From IMG/VR virus record IMGVR_UViG_3300049793_000053, positions 1 to 58,921 of that record: 58,921 nucleotides of DNA; one strand, given 5' to 3'. The notes under the pieces were generated by a model. That model did no database searches. It had not been told where the DNA came from and worked only from the letters and a program-made list of their open reading frames with translations. This stretch comes from a virus (taxonomy: Duplodnaviria; Caudoviricetes). A program made the translations under genes and the position numbers. Below, piece by piece: positions 35,937 to 43,823 of the stretch (its first letter is position 1; each line of letters starts with the position of its first letter).

Positions 35937-36478
35937 AGCTCGTCGGGCTCCGGCTTGTTGCCGAGCGGAACCTCGACGCGCGCCTTGCCGGCGGCGAGGT
36001 AGATCGACGCGAACCGCAACGCCACGCACGGCAGCGTCGAGATCTGCAACGGCTTGCGGCGCGCGATCGATCCACACGAAATGTGCGGCTGAAAACCGAA
36101 CGTCCGATCGTGCGAGACGCCAGAATGCGCGAGCTCGCGCGTCACGTCGGTTCGGAGGTCACCGATCGCCGCAGCGTTCAACAGCAACACGACAACGTCG
36201 AAGTCGGTCGATCCTTCGCGGCAGAACCGCGCCGCGCCGTCGGCCTTGCCAACGAACGGAGGAGTAGCCTTCGCGACGCGCTGTAACGCGTTGGCGATGC
36301 CGCGGATCTGCGCCGGCAATCGGCGGCCCGGTCCGATGAACGCGAGGGTGACGTGTGGATCCTTCGCATCCATCGCGCCGAGCAAGAGGCGCGGAGGATC
36401 GACGGGCGACGTTCCGATCCACAGCGCGTGACCGTTCGCCGTGTGCGCGGCGACGGAGTCGACATCGTATTGCCTCAT
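35933..36478 (-). CDS. 2H phosphoesterase (LigT/Acb1-like fold)
   Basis: Two Hx(T/S) motifs: DPHVTLAFIG and FQPHISCG. Confidence 0.8.
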   Translation of the reverse strand: MRQYDVDSVAAHTANGHALWIGTSPVDPPRLLLGAMDAKDPHVTLAFIGPGRRLPAQIRGIANALQRVAKATPPFVGKADGAARFCREGSTDFDVVVLLLNAAAIGDLRTDVTRELAHSGVSHDRTFGFQPHISCGSIARRKPLQISTLPCVALRFASIYLAAGKARVEVPLGNKPEPDEL

Positions 36479-37092
36479 AGAGCATTCCCCACACGAAAGC
36501 CGGCCGTCGCGCGTGCGGCGATGCCGGCGGCCATTTGATTTTTCTTGTCGTCGTAGATCTTGCTTCGGATCCCCGGGTGCGGGATCGAGCGGTAGCAGTG
36601 ACCGTCGATCTCGACGGCTTGCATCGGCAGCTCGATCCCGAACGCCGCGGACACGCGCATGCCGAGTAAGAGGAGTTTGAGCGGGCCGGCGTCGCTCGTC
36701 GACGCGCGACGCGCCTCGAGATCGTCGGCGAGCATCTTGCGGATCGCCGCGGCGCGCTCCTTCGCACCTTCGAGCGGCCATGGATCGATCGCGCGATCGT
36801 ACAGGTTGATCCGACGCAGCCGCCCGATCCACTGACCGACGGGCATGCCCGACCACGCCATCAACAGCGCGCCGGCCGACGAGTCGGCGCCCGGATGGAG
36901 CGGCATCACGGTCGGGTTCGCGCCGGGCATCGCGCCGATCACGATGCCGAAGATCGGACCCTCGACATCGGCCGGACGGAGGCCGCGCTTTCGCGCGAGG
37001 ATCGTGAGCTCCTCCGGGTGAACGTGCGCGCACTCCGGCCGCCGCCACGCCGTCGGCAATCGATCCGTGTAGCACGGCCACGGCGACGTCAT
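36475..37092 (-). CDS. Uracil-DNA glycosylase superfamily-like protein
   Basis: IVIGAMPG, SSAGALL, RINL, LLLLG..V..AFG, IPHPG.RSK.Y. Confidence 0.65.
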   Translation of the reverse strand: MTSPWPCYTDRLPTAWRRPECAHVHPEELTILARKRGLRPADVEGPIFGIVIGAMPGANPTVMPLHPGADSSAGALLMAWSGMPVGQWIGRLRRINLYDRAIDPWPLEGAKERAAAIRKMLADDLEARRASTSDAGPLKLLLLGMRVSAAFGIELPMQAVEIDGHCYRSIPHPGIRSKIYDDKKNQMAAGIAARATAGFRVGNAL

Positions 37093-37466
37093 GCCTGATC
37101 TTCGACGGCGTAGATCACGACGGCCGCGCCGGTGATCGGGTGACCAAGGCATCCGATGCGGCGCATCCGCTTGCCGTTGGCGGCGAGCGGATACGAGAAC
37201 GCACCGCCGCCGTCCGGCCGCGCGGCGACGATCGCGAGGATGCGGATCATCAACTCTTCGGGATCGTCGCCGTGCTCGTACGTCACGCGCGCGTAGGTTT
37301 TCCCGCGGCCGATCTTGCTGCCGGACAACGCCGTGAGCTTCGACTCGATGGAGATCGAATGCACGCCGACGACTTCACCATCGGCCGGGATCGTGACGTC
37401 GAACATGACGTGGCTCGAATCGGCGAGCTCGTCGATCGCGAGATCGATCGAGGTTACGCGGGTCAT
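37089..37466 (-). CDS. Hypothetical protein
   Basis: MTRVTSIDLAIDE...; coupled at both ends. Confidence 0.55.
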   Translation of the reverse strand: MTRVTSIDLAIDELADSSHVMFDVTIPADGEVVGVHSISIESKLTALSGSKIGRGKTYARVTYEHGDDPEELMIRILAIVAARPDGGGAFSYPLAANGKRMRRIGCLGHPITGAAVVIYAVEDQA

Positions 37467-38083
37467 GGCACCACTCGCAGGATCCGCGAGCGATGCTCGG
37501 GCTTGGGCCACTGCGAAGAATGCACGCGCCACGCGACACCATCGGACAGCACGACGCCCGGGTGGTGATCGTTCGGGCCGCAGCACTGCACGACGTCGAG
37601 CGTCGCGAAGTCGGGGGCGCGTGGGTTCCACTTCGCGAGCGCACGCGTCACGTCGACGACGATCCCGTTGTGCCCCGTCCCATCGAAATACTTCGTGCCG
37701 TCGGCGTGGCGCAGGGTGATCGACGGCCACGCAAGGATGTCGCCGGGCGCCGGCAACTCGTGGTCGTCGAGCTCGCGCATCAGATCCTGTGCGTAGTTCG
37801 CATCCTCGATCTGGCTGTTGCAGTTGATGTCGTCGACGATCGACGGCGCGTTGCCGTCGGGCCCCATCAGGGTGCGCCGGCGGCCTGGGATGTTCCGGTT
37901 GAAGCCGGGGCGGTGCCGCTTGATCCCGTAGCAGTGAACCAGCGCGAACACGCAATCGGTTTTTCCTTCGATCGGCGTATCGAGATCGCCGGTGCCGAGC
38001 TGATAGGTGAAGTGACCGACGGCGGCACGCGCGTGCATGACGGCTTGCGCGGCGGTGTAGAGCGGGCGTGGATTCGTGATCAT
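37463..38083 (-). CDS. NlpC/P60-CHAP-type peptidoglycan hydrolase (candidate endolysin)
   Basis: YQLGTG..KTDCVFA, PAPGDILAW, GHNGIVV. Confidence 0.68.
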   Translation of the reverse strand: MITNPRPLYTAAQAVMHARAAVGHFTYQLGTGDLDTPIEGKTDCVFALVHCYGIKRHRPGFNRNIPGRRRTLMGPDGNAPSIVDDINCNSQIEDANYAQDLMRELDDHELPAPGDILAWPSITLRHADGTKYFDGTGHNGIVVDVTRALAKWNPRAPDFATLDVVQCCGPNDHHPGVVLSDGVAWRVHSSQWPKPEHRSRILRVVP

Positions 38084-38096
38084 GATCGGTGTCCTT

Positions 38097-38552
38097 TCAG
38101 AACGGGAGATCGAGCAGTCGCTGCGGGATCGCCGGCGACTCAGCTGCAGCAACGACGGCGACGGGCACGCGTGCGACGCCGTCGAAATGACGGTGAGGGA
38201 GATCGCAGTGTTCGCACACGAGGATGACGCCGCCGCGTCGCGCGAGCTCGCGGCGAGCGCGAGCGACGCGACAGTCGGGGCAGAGGATCGACGAGCAGCC
38301 GGCGCCGGCCGTCGATGCGTAGAACACGTGCGGCTGAATGCGGCCGCGCTCGTCGCGGAAATCCTCGGCGAGTCCGTTCGCCGGCGCCGGCGTCCAACAC
38401 GGCCGCCACACGTCGACGGTTGCGCCGCTCGCGCCGGGGCAGATCGCGCGCGACTTGCGCAACCGTCCGAGCGTGGTTCCGCTGTGCCGCGATCCGGGCT
38501 TCGTCTCGACGAAGCGATCGCCGTACCACTTGAGGCCGAGCTCGTTCGTCAC
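38097..38552 (-). CDS. Hypothetical Cys-containing protein
   Basis: LCPDC, VCEHC; GTGA coupling. Confidence 0.5.
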   Translation of the reverse strand: MTNELGLKWYGDRFVETKPGSRHSGTTLGRLRKSRAICPGASGATVDVWRPCWTPAPANGLAEDFRDERGRIQPHVFYASTAGAGCSSILCPDCRVARARRELARRGGVILVCEHCDLPHRHFDGVARVPVAVVAAAESPAIPQRLLDLPF

Positions 38553-38791
38553 CGAAGCTCTCCACCGTCGGCGATCACGGCGTCGAGATCGAGCCGACGC
38601 AGCGCGATCCGGATCAGCTGTGACTTCGACATGCGCGTGAGGCCACCGGCGCGGCACAGCGCGACCCGCTCGTCGAGCGCGGCGATATCGGCGTGGTACA
38701 TCGAGATGCACACGACCTTGTACGGCAGCGCGGCGACGGGCGCCGGCTGCTCGAGCTCGGCTGGCGTGGGCTGCGGATCGAGCTCGCTCAC
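38549..38791 (-). CDS. Ribbon-helix-helix DNA-binding protein
   Basis: YKVVCISMY..DIAALD..V......SKSQLIRIAL. Confidence 0.7.
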   Translation of the reverse strand: MSELDPQPTPAELEQPAPVAALPYKVVCISMYHADIAALDERVALCRAGGLTRMSKSQLIRIALRRLDLDAVIADGGELR

Positions 38792-39018
38792 CGTGGACAC
38801 CCCCAATCGTGCACACGATAGCGTAGCGGTTCGCGGCACGCGCCGCAGCTCGAGCGGGCACCGAACGACAGCGGCAGCGATCCGATCAGCGGCCGCCGGA
38901 GATGCTCCTCACGCCGCGCCGCGCGACCGAGCAGCGCGATCGCGACGACGCCGGCGATCACCGATCCGATCGAGAACACGATCAGGATCAACCACTCGAG
39001 CGGTCCCGCGTTGTGCAT
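38788..39018 (-). CDS. Small membrane protein
   Basis: MHNAGPLEWLILIVFSIGSVIAGVVAIALLG hydrophobic N-terminus. Confidence 0.55.
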   Translation of the reverse strand: MHNAGPLEWLILIVFSIGSVIAGVVAIALLGRAARREEHLRRPLIGSLPLSFGARSSCGACREPLRYRVHDWGCPR

Positions 39019-39026
39019 TGTCAACC

Positions 39027-39056
39027 TTGATAGACCGTCGGTGCGGCTGTTGTCAA
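39027..39056 (-). promoter_or_regulatory. Sigma70-like promoter
   Basis: TTGACA-N18-TATCAA, 8 nt before ATG 39018. Confidence 0.55.
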
Positions 39057-39060
39057 CAGG

Positions 39061-41550
39061 CTAGAACGCGCTCGCGGCTTCGGGCACGTCGTCGCGACAC
39101 TGGATCGTCGGCCACTCGTGCGAACCGAAGCGCGAGCTCGAGAACGCGGCGCGGCACTTGTCGAGCGCGGGCAACTCCCAAAACTGGCGGCGCACGATGC
39201 GGCGGCCGCGCTCGTCGCAGATCTCTTGACGTCGTTGGTACGACTGGATCCCGGGCACGACCCTGTTGAGGAAGTGGCCGAGCGTCGTCTCGGTCGATCG
39301 CCGCGCGCCGACGCGCGAGGTGTAGCGGAGGAAGTCGTCGACGATCGCCTCCTTGCAGATCGGCGCCTGCCACTCGAGGTGATCGGAGACGATGATCCCA
39401 TCCTCGAGTTTACGGAACCACCATTCATCCATTGGATCGAGCGACAACATCCGTTGCTCGCGCAGCGCGATCGTCTGCGGCACGGTGCGCACCGTGAACC
39501 GGGATAGATCGTAACCCTGCAAGTAGTACAACAGCGACGCATAGCCGGCGTTCCCGTTCGCCTCGAGATCGGCGCGCAGCGCGGCAAAGTACGGCTCGTC
39601 CTGTCGACGATCGGACAGCACGTCGAGCACGAGAAAGCGCCGCTCGTGGTGCCCGACCGGCACGACCCACGAGCTGTTCGACGCCATGATCAAGTGGACG
39701 CAGTTCCGCGACTGCGTCGCGTCGAGTCCCTTGTTTTCGATCATGAGGGTCGGCTCGGTGATCAACGCCTTGAGCGCGCCCTCGTGTTGCTTGTCGCCGG
39801 CGAAAAAAGCCTCGTCGGCGAACACGAGCACCGAGTCGCGCAGCGCTGCATTGAAGTGCCCGACGAGATGGTGAGCGCTCGACAGGTACAGGTAGTGGCG
39901 GCCGAACAGCTTGCCGAACACGTGCGCGAACGTTCCTTTGCCGGCGCCGCGCTCGCCGCGCAACACGACGGCGACCTCGCCGGTATCGGCCGGATGTTGG
40001 ATCGCGCGCGCCATCCAACCGATCAAGTAGCTGTAGATCTCCTCGTTGCCGCCGCAGAGATTCGCCTTGACGTGCGCGAGGAATTTCTCGTGTCCGGTTC
40101 CCGGACGCGCCTCGAACGCGAACCCCTGCCACATGTTGTACGCGCCGGTGATCTCGCGACCGGGCGCGAACACGATCCGCTCGAACTGCTTGCGCGACTC
40201 GTGGTGCAGCCAAAATTTTCCCAGCGGCATCGTGATCGGCTGGTTCTTTTTGTCGACGCCGATCTGTACCGATAGGTTGTCGAACCGCTTTCCGAAGTGC
40301 TCGAACGCCTGCAACGACAGCGTGTCGCGTTGCATGACTTCGTCGTAGACCTCTTCCATGACGAGGCACTTGCCGCCGTGGTTCTCGATCACCGCAAAGC
40401 GCTCGTTGAATTCACGGAGCCGCGGATGGATCGCGTCCTCTTTCGCGCGCTCGATCTGCCGGTTCGCGTAGCGCTCGACGTTCTTGTTGTCGAGCACGCT
40501 CGAGCTGATCTTGTAATCCTTGTCGGTGATCACCGAGTAGATCACGGCGTCCGGCACGCCGGCACGCACGAGATCGCAACAGACGTTGAACAGCCACTCC
40601 GATCGCCGCGCACCGCGATCTCCGACGAGCAGCACTTGTCGATCGTCGGGGTCGACACCCTGCACGATCTTGATCAACGTGCGCTTGTTGATCCGCGGTC
40701 CCCATGGCTCGGCCGCTTCGAGCTCGTCGATCGCCCAACGCCGCACGTTGCCCACCGACGTCGCGACGGCCGTCGCCGGCCGCGGCCGCGCGGTGCGTGT
40801 CGATGCGATGCCGCCGCCGGAGCTCTGCACCGGCTCGGCCGCGACGAACGCCGACAGCGGATGCGATCCGATCGCGTCGAACCACACGACGGACGAGCGC
40901 GCGATCGATCGCCCCTTCGCGCGTTTCTTCGTGTCGGGATAGTTCAGTGTGCCGGGTAGCCGGAGGATGCGATCGGCGTTGTGGCAGTGGTCGCCACCGA
41001 ACGCCCACTCGAGCGCGCGGTTGTACCGCTCGACGTCCTCGCACGACTTCTCTCGCGCCTTGACGTTGTCGCCGGTGATCTTCGACGGCACGTCGAGACG
41101 CCACAGCGCCTGGTAGCCGCCGCCGGAATCGATGAGGCCGGACGGCCGCGGTACCGGCGACGGCGTCGGGGAAAACTTACCGCGGATCCGCGTGCGCTCC
41201 TCGACGACGTAGGCGACGAGCTCCTCGCGCGTCGGCTCTGGCTTCGCGAGCTCGCGCGGATCAACGTCGACGTGCAGGTACGCGACGGCGTCGACTTCCG
41301 ACTTGTCGGCTTTCTCGGCGAGCGATCCAACATGCGGGTTGAGCATGTAGTAGACGTTGCGATCGCCGAAGCGATCGAGGAACGACGCGATGCCGGCGTC
41401 GTCGTCGCCGGCGAACTGCCGCGTGTCGATGCCGCGTTGATCGACGGCGATCGCCGTGAGCAACCACGGACCGTCGGGACGTAGCACACGCAAGAACGCG
41501 AGCGCGGCCACAGGGTCATGGAGTTGTTTGCGCGGTTGTTCGTTCGCCAT
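39061..41550 (-). CDS. Primase-helicase (RepB-like primase plus D5/DUF5906-type ATPase)
   Basis: HVDVD, DSGGGYQALW, DRILRLPGTLN; GERGAGKGT, FADE, MASN. Confidence 0.88.
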   Translation of the reverse strand: MANEQPRKQLHDPVAALAFLRVLRPDGPWLLTAIAVDQRGIDTRQFAGDDDAGIASFLDRFGDRNVYYMLNPHVGSLAEKADKSEVDAVAYLHVDVDPRELAKPEPTREELVAYVVEERTRIRGKFSPTPSPVPRPSGLIDSGGGYQALWRLDVPSKITGDNVKAREKSCEDVERYNRALEWAFGGDHCHNADRILRLPGTLNYPDTKKRAKGRSIARSSVVWFDAIGSHPLSAFVAAEPVQSSGGGIASTRTARPRPATAVATSVGNVRRWAIDELEAAEPWGPRINKRTLIKIVQGVDPDDRQVLLVGDRGARRSEWLFNVCCDLVRAGVPDAVIYSVITDKDYKISSSVLDNKNVERYANRQIERAKEDAIHPRLREFNERFAVIENHGGKCLVMEEVYDEVMQRDTLSLQAFEHFGKRFDNLSVQIGVDKKNQPITMPLGKFWLHHESRKQFERIVFAPGREITGAYNMWQGFAFEARPGTGHEKFLAHVKANLCGGNEEIYSYLIGWMARAIQHPADTGEVAVVLRGERGAGKGTFAHVFGKLFGRHYLYLSSAHHLVGHFNAALRDSVLVFADEAFFAGDKQHEGALKALITEPTLMIENKGLDATQSRNCVHLIMASNSSWVVPVGHHERRFLVLDVLSDRRQDEPYFAALRADLEANGNAGYASLLYYLQGYDLSRFTVRTVPQTIALREQRMLSLDPMDEWWFRKLEDGIIVSDHLEWQAPICKEAIVDDFLRYTSRVGARRSTETTLGHFLNRVVPGIQSYQRRQEICDERGRRIVRRQFWELPALDKCRAAFSSSRFGSHEWPTIQCRDDVPEAASAF

Positions 41551-41575
41551 AGGGACAGCTAGACGATCGCCGAGC

Positions 41576-41980
41576 CTACGGCTTTACCAAGTCGATTAGC
41601 TCTTTGTCAACAAGCCGAGGCGACCAACACCATCGCGCGACGCGTTCGAGATCTGCGCGTGTTGCGTGACCGACGACCGCGGCCGCGGTGTGCCCGTCGA
41701 ACAGCAACCACTGTTGCTCGACGAGCAGCAACAGATCCGCGCGGCCGCCGGCGCGAACGCGTCGCGTCAACCACGTGCGCTGCTGTCCCGTGAAGTGCGG
41801 GATCCGCAACGGCGTCGCGGCGCGCTTCGGCCACGCGGCGACGTACTTGAGCTCCATCCAACCGCCGACGTGGTTGACGTCGGCCGTGCCAGGGTGCACG
41901 AAGTTTTCCACGCTGATCGCGTCGAGCGGCCGCAACGCCTCGACGACGCGCTGTCGCATCCGACTCTCGCGGCCGCTCAC
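41576..41980 (-). CDS. PD-(D/E)XK nuclease / Holliday-junction resolvase-like protein
   Basis: VEN..HPGTADV....WMELK...Q..W...R..AGG. Confidence 0.7.
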   Translation of the reverse strand: MSGRESRMRQRVVEALRPLDAISVENFVHPGTADVNHVGGWMELKYVAAWPKRAATPLRIPHFTGQQRTWLTRRVRAGGRADLLLLVEQQWLLFDGHTAAAVVGHATRADLERVARWCWSPRLVDKELIDLVKP

Positions 41981-42225
41981 GTGTAGCGCCGGCGCGGCCG
42001 TGCGATCGGCGGTTGGAGATCTGCGATCGCCGCCGGATAGCTGCACGTCGCGCACACGTCGAACGCGACCGCGAACCTGTTCGGTGGGCTCTGGATCGTG
42101 CCGCTACGCCAACCCGCTTTCGCGGCGAACGCGCGTGCGTGATGGATCAGCGCGTTGCACGTGTGGATCGTGTTCGAGCAACCGATCCGATCGCACCGAA
42201 GCATGTAGACCGCGCGGCCGCTCAC
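41977..42225 (-). CDS. Small Zn-binding hypothetical protein
   Basis: CDRIGC...AAKAGW...DVCATC. Confidence 0.55.
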   Translation of the reverse strand: MSGRAVYMLRCDRIGCSNTIHTCNALIHHARAFAAKAGWRSGTIQSPPNRFAVAFDVCATCSYPAAIADLQPPIARPRRRYT

Positions 42226-43013
42226 TTCCCCTCGAGTACGTTCGCGACCTCGCGCCGGAGTCCGAGCAAGATCGCGATCGCGGCGCACGTCTCGAACCTG
42301 TGGCTGTCGCCGGCGACGGCCGACAGAATCTCGACACAAGCCATCGCGGCTCCGGCCGGCGACAGCGGCTCGGGCGATTCGATCTCCGCGAACGACGACG
42401 AGCTCGGCAACGCCTCGATGCGAGCACGCAACACGTCGCGCTCGCGTTGCGCGCCGTGGCGGATTCCGGCCTCGACGGCCTCGACAACGACACGATGCGC
42501 CATCGCGATCCGAATGGCTGCCGCGTGGTCGGACTCGGCGCGAACCGGACGATCGAAGCCGAGGCCCTCGAGTTTCTCCGCGAGTTTCCCGTCGGGAAGG
42601 ATCGCCGGTTCGATCGTGTGGCCGAGCGCGCGGATCTCCCCCTCCTTGATTCCATTGACGACCGCCGTGATCACCCACGGGTGCGGCTGAAACGGATCAG
42701 TGTAGTAGCTCGGCGGGCTCTCCTTCGCGGCCGCGACTGCGATCGTGTGCGCGCGTTGGATGTACGTGTCGAGCGCGAGCGATTCCATCTTCGCGTACTT
42801 GCCGGCCTGCCCCGGCGGCCACTCGCGCGGCCGGAGCTCGTTCGGTGTGCAGCCGATCCGCACGCCGTTGTCACGCGCGATCTGATAGCTGATCGCGTTG
42901 CCGTGCGTCGGGTCGCTGAATCGCTGCGCGACGTGTCCCTTGATCCACACGCCGTGATAGTTCACCTCGACGAGATCGCCGACGCTTAGGTTGTTCATTT
43001 TCGCCGTCGTCAT
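42222..43013 (-). CDS. Hypothetical protein with SH3/Tudor-like N-terminus
   Basis: LSVGDLVEVNYHGVWIKGHV. Confidence 0.55.
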   Translation of the reverse strand: MTTAKMNNLSVGDLVEVNYHGVWIKGHVAQRFSDPTHGNAISYQIARDNGVRIGCTPNELRPREWPPGQAGKYAKMESLALDTYIQRAHTIAVAAAKESPPSYYTDPFQPHPWVITAVVNGIKEGEIRALGHTIEPAILPDGKLAEKLEGLGFDRPVRAESDHAAAIRIAMAHRVVVEAVEAGIRHGAQRERDVLRARIEALPSSSSFAEIESPEPLSPAGAAMACVEILSAVAGDSHRFETCAAIAILLGLRREVANVLEGK

Positions 43014-43237
43014 GTTGAAAGCTCCTCGCAGTTGCCGTGGTTAAACTCGAACATCATGATCTTGAGCGCACGCCAATAGCCGAGCACGCCGTTGCGCCGC
43101 TTCGATCGCCAACCGCCCGTCACCGGATGCGGGTCGTCGTGCATCTGCTTGCGCACCGACGCGAACGTCTCGCCCGTCTTGAATTCGGAGTAGAGCGCGC
43201 CGCACACGCACGGCCGCGGCGTTCTACGCGACGGCAT
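43010..43237 (-). CDS. Small hypothetical protein
   Basis: ORF fills the gap and overlaps both neighbours. Confidence 0.5.
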   Translation of the reverse strand: MPSRRTPRPCVCGALYSEFKTGETFASVRKQMHDDPHPVTGGWRSKRRNGVLGYWRALKIMMFEFNHGNCEELST

Positions 43238-43820
43238 CCCACGCGTCTCGCATGCGCAGGTACTCGATCAACTCGTGGAAATCTTCGACGACAACACCGC
43301 TCCATCTGTCGTGCTCGTTGTGCGGCGTCCGCCACAGCACCGGCGTACCTTCGGGATGCTGCGCGTGCCACGCTTCGAGCGTCTCGACGTGATCGTCGAC
43401 GAGCATGTCGCCGCCGACGACATACTTCGCGTCGGTGTGAACGACGCGCGAGCGTGGGATCGCGAGCTTGCTCGCAAGCCACGCGGTGCGCTCGTGGCAC
43501 CACGTCGGGCCATCCTCCCACGGCTTCGTGACGATGAACACCTCGCGCAATCCGCGCAGCGTCTCGACGCCCGACTCGGCGCCGGGCAACACCGGCAGCG
43601 CGGCGCACCATCCGGGCTCGGCGATCGCGTTCCAGAGATCGCCGCGCTCGAGCTCGGTGAGCTTGAGCGCGGCCGCGAAGTTGTATTGATCGACGTCGGC
43701 GACATAGACCGTACGCAGATCTCCTTTCGCACGGCGATGTCTGTTGACAGTGGCAACGACGCCGGCAATGAAGCCGGACAACACGCCGTCGGAATCGAGG
43801 AGCAATCGTTTGGGGATCAT
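43224..43820 (-). CDS. 5'(3')-deoxyribonucleotidase (HAD, NT5C-like)
   Basis: LLLDSDGVL, FIVTKP, K..VGGDMLVDD, PHN. Confidence 0.88.
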   Translation of the reverse strand: MIPKRLLLDSDGVLSGFIAGVVATVNRHRRAKGDLRTVYVADVDQYNFAAALKLTELERGDLWNAIAEPGWCAALPVLPGAESGVETLRGLREVFIVTKPWEDGPTWCHERTAWLASKLAIPRSRVVHTDAKYVVGGDMLVDDHVETLEAWHAQHPEGTPVLWRTPHNEHDRWSGVVVEDFHELIEYLRMRDAWDAVA

Positions 43821-43823
43821 GAC

